DNA from: a virus
Lineage: Duplodnaviria > Caudoviricetes
DNA length: 50,740 bases
Reading direction: 5' to 3' (one strand)
IMG/VR virus record: IMGVR_UViG_3300006754_000028
Coordinates: 1-50,740 of that record
Part shown: positions 7,350 to 18,047 of the stretch, in pieces
Position numbering within the stretch: position 1 is the stretch's first letter
How the letters are laid out: every line of letters starts with the position of its first letter
Position numbers and translations under genes: made by a program
Notes under the pieces: model-generated
Told to the model about the DNA's origin: nothing
What the model saw: the letters and a program-made list of their open reading frames with translations, nothing else
Database searches by the model: none

Positions 7350-8656
7350 CCACCACCATCGCAGATGATCCAGAGGTTGGCCTTGTCAGTCGCTGAAACT
7401 CTGGTCTGATCAGCGATGCCTACTCCGTAGATGACCTCGGTGCTGTTGCCGTCTACATTGAGATTGTTTGACGCGTGGTTTTTGATGAACATGTACATTC
7501 GCCCTGCCGCACTGCTCGCCGCAGGCAGATTAACGGTGACAGAATCACCAGACGTATCAATCACATAGATGAATCCATGCCCGCTGTAGTCACCTGTAAG
7601 ATCAAGGGTATCTGCGCCTCCGCCCGAATTGTCATGACCGTACATCTGGATGCCCCAGCTCCTAAGGATCTGGAAGGAACCCCTTGAATCGTTCGCAGAC
7701 CCGTTGACAGCCACGCTCTTCCCCTTGCCTTTGCAGTCAAGGAAGGTCGTGTTGGATCCGGCGGACATGCCTTGGATCCGAAGCCTGCCATCCTCCGTGC
7801 CGTCACTGACATCGGAAGCCGTTGCCAAGATCTTAATGTAGTCGATCGGCTCCGGCGTAGCAGCGTCGTTCTCGCCTGTAAAGACGATATTGCCTATGCC
7901 GTAGTCATCCGCCGCCCCATTTATTTTTGTAAAAGCCAGGATGGAAGGCTTGTCTGCATTGCTGCTGCTGTTTATCAGATCAAGCAGAGGCTTGGTTTCC
8001 GCCGCCGTTGATTCGACAAGAATGCCACCTCCACCAGCCGCGTCGTTCCTGATCATCAATGGCGTCGCACCTGTGGCGGCTGCATTGTCGTTGGTGATGT
8101 CGATCAGAGACCTGGCTGTGGTACTGCTGCTGTCCGACACCAGCTTGAGGATGCTGCCGGCGGTCAATGCGTCAGCCGAGACCTCCATGACATGAGCGGT
8201 CGTTAGGGCGTCGGCTGTGATGGTAAGAGCACCTGTCACGGCAAGGGTGCTGCCGTCGAAGCTGAGGTTGGCTTCGCCGTTGATCCCGCCGGATCCGTCG
8301 CCGGTCACCACCCGGTTGTCGCCGTCGTTGGCGAATGAGATCCCGCCGACCGTGCTTGTTCCGGAGGTGAGCGCGATGTCGTCGCCCGCATCGGTGGTGA
8401 AGTACAGTTCGTTCGGGGTTGCCGTGTTGACCCAGATCTGCCCGTAGGCTGCTGTGTCAGCATCAGCATCAGCCTGCTCCTTGAGCGTGATCGTTCCCTC
8501 GACAGTGAGCTTGGTTTTCGGGGATGCCACCCCGATCCCGACCTTGTCGTTGTCATCGTCAACCACAAGGGTTGTGCTGTCTATTGCTGCCCCGTCAACG
8601 ACGGTGAGTTCTGTTACGGAGGCTGTCCCTGCCGATGGTCGTGATAAAGATGCCAT
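7313..8656 (-). CDS. Tail fibre / receptor-binding protein
   Basis: TAATG coupling gives start 8656. G/A/T/S/D-rich; VGIGVASPKTKLTVEG fibre motif; C-terminal VTVNLPAA...CDGGGWHI domain typical of fibres. Confidence 0.8.
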   Translation of the reverse strand: MASLSRPSAGTASVTELTVVDGAAIDSTTLVVDDDNDKVGIGVASPKTKLTVEGTITLKEQADADADTAAYGQIWVNTATPNELYFTTDAGDDIALTSGTSTVGGISFANDGDNRVVTGDGSGGINGEANLSFDGSTLAVTGALTITADALTTAHVMEVSADALTAGSILKLVSDSSSTTARSLIDITNDNAAATGATPLMIRNDAAGGGGILVESTAAETKPLLDLINSSSNADKPSILAFTKINGAADDYGIGNIVFTGENDAATPEPIDYIKILATASDVSDGTEDGRLRIQGMSAGSNTTFLDCKGKGKSVAVNGSANDSRGSFQILRSWGIQMYGHDNSGGGADTLDLTGDYSGHGFIYVIDTSGDSVTVNLPAASSAAGRMYMFIKNHASNNLNVDGNSTEVIYGVGIADQTRVSATDKANLWIICDGGGWHIITTAGTWS

Positions 8657-9060
8657 TATAGCCCCCAAGTGTCGCGTACAAATATTCTGGTTGTTACCGT
8701 GGCTGTCGTATTGGAGCACACGTTGTTGATGTAGAGCTTCTTTCCAGTGGCGTAGAACAGTACATAGCCAGAGGGCTGAAGGTCAACGACGGCGGCGGCA
8801 GTGGCGTTCTCCAGTACAAGATCAACGTCCTGCCTCACCCCGGCAGTGGAGTCATAAGGATTGTCACCTACCGAAACGCAGGGATCAACTGTTCCTGCAG
8901 AAGCAGAACAGGTGTACCGCAGTATCCGCCCGGAAGTTGTGACATCAATGGAGAAGTCTGTGCCTGTTCCAGCAGTAGTACTCCCCATGGTCTCCGTTAT
9001 GTCGTAGACGTAGTCCACGTTGTTGATCTTTGTTTTAGTTACGGTTGATGAATAAGCCAT
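8656..9060 (-). CDS. Putative virion structural protein
   Basis: GGAGG SD; T/S/V-rich; within the late operon. Confidence 0.6.
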   Translation of the reverse strand: MAYSSTVTKTKINNVDYVYDITETMGSTTAGTGTDFSIDVTTSGRILRYTCSASAGTVDPCVSVGDNPYDSTAGVRQDVDLVLENATAAAVVDLQPSGYVLFYATGKKLYINNVCSNTTATVTTRIFVRDTWGL

Positions 9061-9072
9061 TTCAGCCTCCTG

Positions 9073-12000
9073 TTATTTTTTTACTTTACCATTTTCTGTC
9101 AAGCCCAGTCCATCCGTCTGATCGAACATCACATTTTTCATGTCCTGTTCATGCATGCTCTGGAGATAATCCGTAGACGCCTGCTGCTTGATCTTGATAC
9201 CCATCGTAGCATTAAGGAGGCGCAAATAGAAAGGCAGTCTTTCGGGGATCACTGTCGTATCCATCTTCGCCTCCCTGGTTTGCAGAGACTTTAGAAATGC
9301 GTCCTGCACCAAAGCCCCCTCCCTCATCGCCCTCTCGAACGGGTTGGGGATATACTTCAAGGCTAGCCCCATCTCGGAGAAAGCCGAGTCACCGAAGTAG
9401 TAGAAGGTCTCGCTCTCCTTCCTGGGGTTTGCAATAGCGACAACGTCGAACGTGTCCCTGATAGCGTTGGCCATAGGGTCAAACGACGGCCCAAGTCCGT
9501 CCAGCGTGTGCAGGGCGTTGGCGACGTTGTTCGCCTCCCGCATCTTCAGCTCGTCCAGGTTCTCCTTGTAAAACGGGTCTCTGCCAGAGCCGATAGAGTA
9601 GAACGCTCGCGCCACCCAGTGGGTAGATGCCAATGCCGACTCAAAATGATCTTCAATGACGCCTTCACCAGGTCTGGAAGTCCCCATCGACTGTAGTTTG
9701 TGCATGTACTCGGCGAAGCTCTCCTGCGGCAGGCCGAAACCCTCAAGGTCGAACCCAGAGGGCAGCCCGATGACGCTGCCCGGCACCCTGACACGGTACA
9801 TCTTATATTCTGGGTAGTACTGCACCCTTTCCAGCGTCCTGTGCTGCATTGCTTTGTGTGAAACGGTGAACTCAGGGGCATCAGGGCCCAGTTCCTGCCT
9901 GATCTCCTCCTGTTCGATGTGCGCAGCCACCATTGGGAGCGTACCGTAGAACAGGCGGTCGAAATTAGAGTAGAACATAGGGTTCTTCTTCATCATTTCT
10001 ATCTGCAGCAGGAAATTCTTCTGAGTCCATGTGAAAAACGGCATCAACAACCGCATGTAGTCCTTCTGCCTGGGGGTCAGGTCGTTGTAGTCGAACAAGA
10101 ACCTCTTCACATGCTCCGCTGATTCAGCAACAGACCTTCCACGCTTCAGATTGGCAATGAAGTTGACTGCGCGTGACCGGTTCTCCAGCCTCGTTGCCAA
10201 GGAAGTCCCCATCCCCTTGGTCATAGCCATCGGAATCCCGCCAGACGCCAGGGTGGACAGCGACACAGCACCCCAGTCCTCCACCTTGCCCCATCCTCTT
10301 AGAAACTTGCGACCGATCTTCCCCTCTGCCTCCGCCATGCTGAGACCATGCGCTCGCTCCATGAAAAAGTCCGACGCCCTGTCGATGTCCAGCCTGTAGT
10401 TGGCGTTCCCGCTCATGACACCGTTGTCAACCATCAGCTCTATGGCTTCGTCCCACGACCTGATCAGACCGTCGCCGAGGTCTATGCCCTTGTCCAGGTC
10501 GGGTGACAGCTTGGAAAGGGTAGCTGCACTGCTCTTACGGTAGGCAAAGTCCGCCGCACTCTCACCAGCCTTCCTCGGTGCGGCGAGTGCCCTGCGAGCC
10601 TTCTCCAGGCTGCCGTACCTGGAATAGTGATCCATCAGCCAACTGAGATACGCCGACTTGATGTTCGTGTCCAGGTTAAGTACGCCTCCGACACCGACAT
10701 CAAGCATGTTGGAGATGTTGTTGCCCATCTCGTTCCGTACATGGAACATCGGAGACATTACAGTCACCAAGGTCTTCCACCAGTTGTTCAACCTCCTCGC
10801 CGTGTTCCATATCTTACCGATGGCTCCGCCCTCCCGCACCGCTGTCCTGGATGTCAGCATCCGAAGGCTCTCCTGAACCTGCTCGGGGACGTACATCTTC
10901 GTGACGGAGACAGCATCTGGATCGAAGTACATCATCAGGTTCTTGGAGGACAGGGGCTGCAAAGGTGACATCTTGACTCTGTTCAGAAGAGTTTCGTACA
11001 CCGCCCTCTCTGGTATGCTCTTTGTCGCATTGTTGACGTTGCTGATGATGCTGTTGACTTCCTTCTCCACGTCCTTCCAGGAACTGTTGGAGATCCGCCT
11101 GTAGTTAACCTCATAGGCTGGGGAGGATGGATCAAGAAGTTCATCCAGCCTGTCTATCTCCGCCCTCTGCCTGTCCGTCAAGCGAGGCTTCGCAGCAAGC
11201 TCGTCCCTCTTGATCCTCAGATTGTCCAGATGCTCAGTGTGCTTGGTGTTCCTGATGGAGGTGAACCTTTCACCGATGTCCAGCACATCACCGTCAACAA
11301 GGAACTGGGCAAGCCAGGTGTTTCCTGGAACCGCCTTGGCTTCCAACTGCAGGGCGTTGATCACGCCGACCGCCTTCTCCACGTTCACCATGTTGTTGAA
11401 CTCGGAGATGTCCCTTGCCCAACTGACCAGCGGCTGGATGTCGGGGTTGCCGTCAATCAAAGCCATCAGCATCTCCTCCACCTTTGCGGCGGAGACCCTG
11501 GTTCCGTCAGCCATGGTGAGGTTGCCGTCCATCAGCATCTGCATCTGCAGTCCGTAGCTGTTCCTCTCCATCACGGGAACGAACCCTGCACGGCGGGCTG
11601 CCTCGGCATCATCGAAGCCGCGTATCACGCCCGTTCGAAGAAACGTCAGGAACATCTCATGCGACGCCAGACCTCTGGAGCTGTTCATCATCCTGGCATG
11701 CAGCAGGGCTGGGTGCATCGTGAACTCCCAGTTTGTTGGAGTAGCACCTGGCTTTACCATGGTGTTGATCTCCTCTATCGTCCCCTGCAGAGACCTGAGC
11801 TTCGCGGCGTTCATGGAAAGATGCCTGGTCAGTTCCTGATCGGTGTTGCCTGTGATCAGTGATTCTGCCCTGGCGTCACCCGTGTTGACGAACCTGCTGA
11901 CATCCTTGCCGTGATCGTACCGAAGGTGTGGGACGTAATCGACAACTCCGAAGTCCTTCATCAGATCAATCGGCTCCTTGACGAACTGCATCCCCGCCTC

Positions 12001-15000
12001 AAGGTATCGCTTCTTGTAGCTGTCGAACATCTTCTGGAACTCATCAACCAGGGGCGTTATGTCATCCGGGGCTTCGACGAAACGCTCGGTCATGACAGTG
12101 GGGTATATCGCCCTCTCAGCCACGTCATCAACGACCGCCACATCCTCCTTCGCCTCTATCTTGAATATGTCCTCGTCTATCTTGCCCACCCGCCTGTCGA
12201 TGGTCTTAGCCCTTCTGGCATCGGAGGGAAGATCCGCCCGCTCGTTCAGAAGCATCTCCTTCTCAAGTTCCAGCTTCGCAAGCCTTTGATTGTCGGCTGC
12301 CGCTATCTGTTTCGGCGGGAGCCTTCTCGCGCCCAATTCCTCTGTACCTGTAAACCTTTTGGACAGTTCCTTGACATCCTCCGCCTTCGCCGTCATCGTC
12401 CTCATGACAGCCATCATCATATGCTCGTCCGTGAAACCTTGTGCCTTGTGGGCAACCACAAGATCCTGGAAGTCCTCCCACAGGGACATCTCCCAGTTCT
12501 GCAGACCCCTGGCATACGGCCCAGCAGCCCTCTTGTCATCCACCTTGATCCTGGGACGTTCAATCTCCTGCTTCCTGAGAAGATCCTCCAGTTCCCCGCG
12601 CTTGGTTCTGAGGCTTTCAAGGGAGGCGTTCAACTCCCTGAGATACGGCTGCCTCTCAACCATGGGGGTGAGGTCTCCAGGAACCTTCGACCTGAACCTC
12701 TTAATGACCGCCTCTATCACCGCCTCCTGCTTCTCTATGTCTGCAATCAGTTTCGTGTAGTTCTTGATGCTTTTTAACAGTTCCTTGTCCGTGCCTTTTG
12801 TCGAGGGTATAACCTCCGCCCTCATCCTCTTGTGCTCCTCCACCAACTCTTCCCTGGCGGTGCGGGAGGGAGAAGTTGTTGGTTTTGCCTTCGGCATCGG
12901 ATCAGTAACCAGTGGTATTACCACAGGGTCGCCAGGCTTGCCAAACGGGTAGTCCGCCTCGACAGGCAGGCTGCTGTGTGTCCTCTTGATGTCATCCCTG
13001 ATCTTGCGGAGTTCATCGATCCCCTTCTCCAAAGGAACCTTACCTTTCCCTACCTCGTCCAACCTGTCCTGCAGGCGGTATATGGTCTCGATGGCTATTT
13101 CGGCTATCTCATCCTTGAGAGTATTCACTTCTTCGGTCAGCTCACGGTACTTCTCCACGTCACCTGCGAAGAACCGTGCCATGTTCTGCAGGGCCTGGCG
13201 AACCTGCTCTTCAGACTTGCCCGTGGCTGCGGCTACTGCCTCCTGCAGCTTCACCAGATCCTCATACAGTTCGTTCAGTTCCGCAGGGAACCGATGCAGC
13301 ATACCCTTCTCCAGGTATCCCACCGCTTCGTCCATCACAATCTGCCCAGTCGTTCCCGCGTATCTTCCACCCTTAGCAAGACGCTCGTTGGCTATGTCAT
13401 TAGCCTTGACGGAGATCCTCTCCAAGGCTGCCACCATATTATCTCGGGCGACGTTGATGTCGGTTAGCCTGCGGGTAAGGGCTGACTGGTACGCCTCCCA
13501 TATGTCGGGGGCGGTGTTCATCAGCCTGATCATCGACTTGTCGCCATGCCCCAGCATCTTGTCTATGACGCCCGACTCCACCCCACGCCCACGGAAGTAT
13601 TGCATGCCTGCATCCATCTGCCTCTTCGCTATCATAGGTGCGTACCACCTGGTTCCGACAAGCGTAGCCAGTCCGTCCATGATGTTTAGGGGAACCTTCC
13701 CGACACCGCCTGCCTCGCTCAAAAGGTACGCCAGCTTCTCGCCCTGGGTGACGGTGTTCGGGGACACCTCCATCTTGAGTTTTATATCCCTGATGTTTGG
13801 CGCTCTCAAGGGATCCAACAGTCTGTCGCCCTGCGCAAGAACGAAGTCAGGCACAAGCCCCTTCAAGCCACCTCCACCGATCCCGACTACTATGCGCTCT
13901 CCACTTGTGATCCGTGCAGATAGCTGCGCCTCGGTCATCTTGTTGAGCCGCGCCAGGTCGTCGGCGTTGATGCCAGTTCGCGCAGAGATGGATGCCAGGG
14001 TGTCGCCCGCTACAGCGTTCATCCTGAACGTCCGTTGAATGGGGTTGTACGTCCTGCTGGTGAAGGGTACATGCAGCCTTACCACCCCTGCGGTGCTCAG
14101 TGTCTTCGAGCCGTCGTACCCCGCCTCAAGAAGCCTGTTGATCTGGGCTGCAGACCGCCTGTGGTATCCTGCAGCAGCAGTCTGCTGTCTCATTACGTTC
14201 TTCAGGTACTTCTCAGCGTCTTGTGCGGTGGTCATGGCAGACAACTTGCCCTGCTGTACCTCTACTGTCTCCTTGATAGCCCTGGCTTCCTGCACGTTCT
14301 TCGCATTCTGCGCCTTCAGTGCCGCAAGCGCCTTCTCCTGGGTTCCGTACCTGGTCACCATGGCAGGGGTCACATCCGCAACAGTTGCACGTCGGGCGGA
14401 ACTGCGCTCAAGGTTTTCAATGGTTCCCTGGATGTCGCCCCGCGCCTTCTGCAAAGCCTGCTCTGGATTGTCGAGTGCCTTCTGAGTCTCGATGACACGT
14501 TCTGCGAACCTTGCCTCCTTTGCCTCATGCACAGCAGCAGCCTCGGTCATCCTCTCCAGGTCATCCGCGTTGCCCCTCAGTGCGCCGACAACAATCCTCT
14601 GGCTTTCTGGGACGGTCTTGCCAGCCCTGTTGACAGCATTGACCGCCTTGGCTGCGTCCGGCCCTATTGTTAACGCCTTGCCTCCGATCCTAATTACCTG
14701 GCCACCTTTGGCGGGCCCGAGAAACCAAAGAGGATCAATCGCAATCTCCGCAGCCAGCCCCAGCCATTCCCGTCCTGAATCGGTGGTGAGGATCTTGTAC
14801 ACTGCGGCATCCCTTTTACTTCCCACCTTTTCAGCAGCGACCACCAGTCCACGCGCATCCTCCTTGCTGATCAAGGTGTCTATGATGTCCTTGCCGCGAG
14901 CCATCGGAAGCTCAATGCCCGTGTCCAATCCGAACGGCGTCAGCGCGTCACCGACCATGGTGGTCTCATCGTAGGTGCTACCCCAGGCCCCCTCCTCGTA

Positions 15001-15741
15001 GACCTTGCCAGTGGACAGGGACTCGTATATCTTTTTGCCTACTTCGTGTAGTTTCTGGTCGTATTCTTCCTTGGCTTTTAGCTGCTCATCGTCGCGACTT
15101 AAATCACCAAGCAGCGTGGGCTGCTCTCCTTCAAGAGCACCCAACTGAGACATCATGTTCCAGGTTCCGGCAAACACATCGCTCGCCAGATCACCCGCAT
15201 ATGTATCAGGAGGGGGAAGAGCCTGCGCCACATATGCAGCACCAGTCCACAATATGCTTTCTGGTAGCTGGAATGTTGAGAACCCATAATGCAGCCAGCC
15301 AAGATCCTCATTGAGCATCTCCTCCTCCAGCCGCTCTGGTGACACTGTCTCCATAGCCTCCATCTGAGGGGAACCAGGATACAGCTCAGATGTCATCGCA
15401 TCGTAAACCAGTTCAGGGCTGCTGTTGTAGTCCCTCATCAGCTTCTTGTCCTGCTTGCTGTAAACGGGGTCTGCACGGTGAGTGTTGGTGATTGGATCAT
15501 AGATGGCATGAGGCTTCGGGGCTGTACCTGCGGGGACGGGTTCCATTCCCGCCCTGGTTCCAAAGGGCTGCACAGGCTCCGTCTGCAGGACGGGTCTGTC
15601 AAGTTTCTGCATCTCCGTTTCGAGTAGTTCGGTGCGTTGATCAGGCTTGGGTTCATCAGGCACATAGATGTCCGTAGCCTTCCGCAGTGCTACCTGCTCG
15701 GCCCGGTATTCCTCATATGTCTTTGGCTTGGGTGTCGCCAT
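9073..15741 (-). CDS. Giant internal virion / DNA-ejection protein (2222 aa) with LysM-like domain
   Basis: Largest of three helical proteins after the tail genes (podovirus synteny). LysM-like AGDTLASISARTGINADDLARLN; C-terminal RFLFDYNDLT...MPFFTW segment resembling phage large polyvalent proteins. Confidence 0.7.
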   Translation of the reverse strand: MATPKPKTYEEYRAEQVALRKATDIYVPDEPKPDQRTELLETEMQKLDRPVLQTEPVQPFGTRAGMEPVPAGTAPKPHAIYDPITNTHRADPVYSKQDKKLMRDYNSSPELVYDAMTSELYPGSPQMEAMETVSPERLEEEMLNEDLGWLHYGFSTFQLPESILWTGAAYVAQALPPPDTYAGDLASDVFAGTWNMMSQLGALEGEQPTLLGDLSRDDEQLKAKEEYDQKLHEVGKKIYESLSTGKVYEEGAWGSTYDETTMVGDALTPFGLDTGIELPMARGKDIIDTLISKEDARGLVVAAEKVGSKRDAAVYKILTTDSGREWLGLAAEIAIDPLWFLGPAKGGQVIRIGGKALTIGPDAAKAVNAVNRAGKTVPESQRIVVGALRGNADDLERMTEAAAVHEAKEARFAERVIETQKALDNPEQALQKARGDIQGTIENLERSSARRATVADVTPAMVTRYGTQEKALAALKAQNAKNVQEARAIKETVEVQQGKLSAMTTAQDAEKYLKNVMRQQTAAAGYHRRSAAQINRLLEAGYDGSKTLSTAGVVRLHVPFTSRTYNPIQRTFRMNAVAGDTLASISARTGINADDLARLNKMTEAQLSARITSGERIVVGIGGGGLKGLVPDFVLAQGDRLLDPLRAPNIRDIKLKMEVSPNTVTQGEKLAYLLSEAGGVGKVPLNIMDGLATLVGTRWYAPMIAKRQMDAGMQYFRGRGVESGVIDKMLGHGDKSMIRLMNTAPDIWEAYQSALTRRLTDINVARDNMVAALERISVKANDIANERLAKGGRYAGTTGQIVMDEAVGYLEKGMLHRFPAELNELYEDLVKLQEAVAAATGKSEEQVRQALQNMARFFAGDVEKYRELTEEVNTLKDEIAEIAIETIYRLQDRLDEVGKGKVPLEKGIDELRKIRDDIKRTHSSLPVEADYPFGKPGDPVVIPLVTDPMPKAKPTTSPSRTAREELVEEHKRMRAEVIPSTKGTDKELLKSIKNYTKLIADIEKQEAVIEAVIKRFRSKVPGDLTPMVERQPYLRELNASLESLRTKRGELEDLLRKQEIERPRIKVDDKRAAGPYARGLQNWEMSLWEDFQDLVVAHKAQGFTDEHMMMAVMRTMTAKAEDVKELSKRFTGTEELGARRLPPKQIAAADNQRLAKLELEKEMLLNERADLPSDARRAKTIDRRVGKIDEDIFKIEAKEDVAVVDDVAERAIYPTVMTERFVEAPDDITPLVDEFQKMFDSYKKRYLEAGMQFVKEPIDLMKDFGVVDYVPHLRYDHGKDVSRFVNTGDARAESLITGNTDQELTRHLSMNAAKLRSLQGTIEEINTMVKPGATPTNWEFTMHPALLHARMMNSSRGLASHEMFLTFLRTGVIRGFDDAEAARRAGFVPVMERNSYGLQMQMLMDGNLTMADGTRVSAAKVEEMLMALIDGNPDIQPLVSWARDISEFNNMVNVEKAVGVINALQLEAKAVPGNTWLAQFLVDGDVLDIGERFTSIRNTKHTEHLDNLRIKRDELAAKPRLTDRQRAEIDRLDELLDPSSPAYEVNYRRISNSSWKDVEKEVNSIISNVNNATKSIPERAVYETLLNRVKMSPLQPLSSKNLMMYFDPDAVSVTKMYVPEQVQESLRMLTSRTAVREGGAIGKIWNTARRLNNWWKTLVTVMSPMFHVRNEMGNNISNMLDVGVGGVLNLDTNIKSAYLSWLMDHYSRYGSLEKARRALAAPRKAGESAADFAYRKSSAATLSKLSPDLDKGIDLGDGLIRSWDEAIELMVDNGVMSGNANYRLDIDRASDFFMERAHGLSMAEAEGKIGRKFLRGWGKVEDWGAVSLSTLASGGIPMAMTKGMGTSLATRLENRSRAVNFIANLKRGRSVAESAEHVKRFLFDYNDLTPRQKDYMRLLMPFFTWTQKNFLLQIEMMKKNPMFYSNFDRLFYGTLPMVAAHIEQEEIRQELGPDAPEFTVSHKAMQHRTLERVQYYPEYKMYRVRVPGSVIGLPSGFDLEGFGLPQESFAEYMHKLQSMGTSRPGEGVIEDHFESALASTHWVARAFYSIGSGRDPFYKENLDELKMREANNVANALHTLDGLGPSFDPMANAIRDTFDVVAIANPRKESETFYYFGDSAFSEMGLALKYIPNPFERAMREGALVQDAFLKSLQTREAKMDTTVIPERLPFYLRLLNATMGIKIKQQASTDYLQSMHEQDMKNVMFDQTDGLGLTENGKVKK

Positions 15742-15748
15742 AACTATG

Positions 15749-18046
15749 CTACTCCAGAGATTGGTAAATACTTGCTGCCTGTTCTTTCGTAACTTTTCCT
15801 TCCTTCACCAGTTTATCCAGTGCCGTGTTGTTGATCTTCCCGTTCAGCTTTGCAGCAAGATCGGTGTTCCTGGTGTCCTTTGCTTTTGGTATCGTGGTCG
15901 AGGTGTCGGTTGTGCCACCAAGCCCTGCCAAGTCTATAAGGTCAGTCGCTTGTTTCTCCCCCCATCTCACAGGGTCTCTAAGCAGGGAAGGGTTCTGCTC
16001 CCTTATTCTTCTCTCCTGCTCCTCGGCTTGGGGGGAAGAGTATCTCGGGGTGGGGTCAGGTTTCTTGAACATCTCCTGGCCGCCTTTGTCATCATACACC
16101 TGCATCCTTTTCTTATAGGTGTCGCCAAGTTGAGCCACCTTCTTCTGCTGCCATTCTGGCAAAGATTCAAACCTTTCTCTGGCTTCTTCGTATTCTTGAT
16201 ATGACTCCTGCCGACGCTTCATGTCGGCTTTGTGCTCTGGAGTATCTCTTATGTCTGGAGGTATATGCTTGGGAGGAGCCTTGCCAGTGGCTGGCGTCGA
16301 GAAACTGCTTTCTCTAGTTTTTGGAGGAGTCTTGGCGTCCGACACGTTGAAACTGCTTCTTACTCCAGCAACATGCAGTAGCCCCTGATCCTCCAGCATC
16401 GGGCGCAGGGCTTCCTGCATTGCAGGAGGGGATGCGTTGTAAAGGTCAAGAAGTTTTTGTTGCTCCGCAGACAGCTTGTCCCCGGCTGTCCCCCCTTCCA
16501 GGAGTTCTTTGGCGGTCGGCGGGGTCTCCCCCTTTATCTTCGCCGCCTGCTCCTTTCCAGCGGCGACGGCGGTCTGCTCCGCCTGACTGCCGACCTCGAT
16601 ACCCTGCTCATAGCCAGACTGGCTTGCCTGCTCCAGAGCCTTCATTAAGTCAGCCGATGTCATATTGACTGTGCCATCCTGTGCGGCTGCGGGGGCTGCT
16701 CCTGTTACTGCGGTAGGTTGCGGCAGAGGAGGAGCCTCGGTTCTGAAGGCTTTAAGCCTCAACCTCAGATCGTTCGGGTCGGTGGTCTTCATGCCGAGCT
16801 TTTCTGCCAGTGCCGCCCTGGCTTTCTCTATCCCAGGCTCCAGACCCTCCAAACGCTCGTCGCCAATGGTAGCGCCTGCATGGTAGGCCCTCTGGCTGTA
16901 TATGTCGGCGATGTGGCTCTGGGCGTTGGGGTTGCCTATGAGTGACCGGAAGGCGTCGTCGCTGCTGTTGAAACCAAGTAGCTGGGTGATGTAGTCACCC
17001 CGTCCGCCCATCATAAACTGATTGTAAAGTTTGCCGTAGGCATCGGTTCCGCCTAGCGCAGCCCTGGACGCCTCAAGTTCCTCGATCCTCTTCTTGGCTC
17101 GCTCAGGCACTGGAGCCTTTGACAGGTCTTTGATGAAGGAGTCGTAGTCCGTCGGAGCCATCGCCTCACCGAGGAGGTCATAGGAAAGATAGCCGGAGGT
17201 CGCTGGATCTTTCCTGATCTCATCCAGCCTCATCTGATTCGCCGCTATCTTGTCTTCAGCGGTCGCTCGATCCTCAGCCGACACAGACACCAAACCTGGA
17301 ACCTTCTGTTGCAAACGAAGGATCTCCTCCTGGGGAACCCTCATCCTCGCGCCATTCTCCACAAGTTGCTCATGGGTTATCTCTCCAGCTTTCAATTGCT
17401 TGGCAAGTTTTGCGTCTATTTCCCTGTTATAGGTTTCGATGTCAGAGCCTATCCTTCCCATCATAAGGTTGTTTGCGTTGTTTGCATAAACGACCTTATT
17501 AAGAGGGTCTAAGCCATCCATATTCTTATTGGCTTTTTTGACATGCCCTCGGAAAAATGCGCCCTGCTGGTACGAATCCAGCCAGGTCTGATAGTTTCCG
17601 TCACCTGCCCACACCTTTGCCGCCGATGCCTGAGTGTCTGAACCGACCCAGGACTCACTGGTTTCTTTTGTGAGTTCATTCCAAAGCCTGTCCTGTGTAT
17701 GTTTCGAGCCGTTAATGTTCTCATCTATCATGCGCAGATCAACGACGTACTGGGCAGCCTTGACCTCCGCCGCGCCTTCGATCCTTGCTGCGCTAATTCT
17801 GCCTTCCGCCTGTATAATAGCCTGAGCGATAGCGGTTCTCTGCTGCTCCATCGCAGACCTGACAGTCCCGTACTGCTCGATTGTCTCAACCTGGTATCGG
17901 AGGATCCCCTCCTCCATCTTCATGATCTGGTCGGTGTAGTACTGCCTTGCCTCTTCCAGCTCCTGCGGGGACATCTGACCCAATGGTGTCCGAGCACCCT
18001 CATCGTATGCTGCACCCCTCTCCCATGGTAGTATTATGCTTGACAT
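15749..18046 (-). CDS. Putative internal virion protein (765 aa)
   Basis: Helical A/Q/E-rich; position between the small and giant ejection-like proteins. Confidence 0.6.
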   Translation of the reverse strand: MSSIILPWERGAAYDEGARTPLGQMSPQELEEARQYYTDQIMKMEEGILRYQVETIEQYGTVRSAMEQQRTAIAQAIIQAEGRISAARIEGAAEVKAAQYVVDLRMIDENINGSKHTQDRLWNELTKETSESWVGSDTQASAAKVWAGDGNYQTWLDSYQQGAFFRGHVKKANKNMDGLDPLNKVVYANNANNLMMGRIGSDIETYNREIDAKLAKQLKAGEITHEQLVENGARMRVPQEEILRLQQKVPGLVSVSAEDRATAEDKIAANQMRLDEIRKDPATSGYLSYDLLGEAMAPTDYDSFIKDLSKAPVPERAKKRIEELEASRAALGGTDAYGKLYNQFMMGGRGDYITQLLGFNSSDDAFRSLIGNPNAQSHIADIYSQRAYHAGATIGDERLEGLEPGIEKARAALAEKLGMKTTDPNDLRLRLKAFRTEAPPLPQPTAVTGAAPAAAQDGTVNMTSADLMKALEQASQSGYEQGIEVGSQAEQTAVAAGKEQAAKIKGETPPTAKELLEGGTAGDKLSAEQQKLLDLYNASPPAMQEALRPMLEDQGLLHVAGVRSSFNVSDAKTPPKTRESSFSTPATGKAPPKHIPPDIRDTPEHKADMKRRQESYQEYEEARERFESLPEWQQKKVAQLGDTYKKRMQVYDDKGGQEMFKKPDPTPRYSSPQAEEQERRIREQNPSLLRDPVRWGEKQATDLIDLAGLGGTTDTSTTIPKAKDTRNTDLAAKLNGKINNTALDKLVKEGKVTKEQAASIYQSLE

Positions 18047-18047
18047 C

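Noticed and set aside
9073-15741. Virion RNA polymerase (N4- or crAss-like) reading hairpin promoters
   Set aside because: No DxDGD motif (LVDGD lacks the first Asp) and no recognisable T7-type motifs; unsupported without a structural search.
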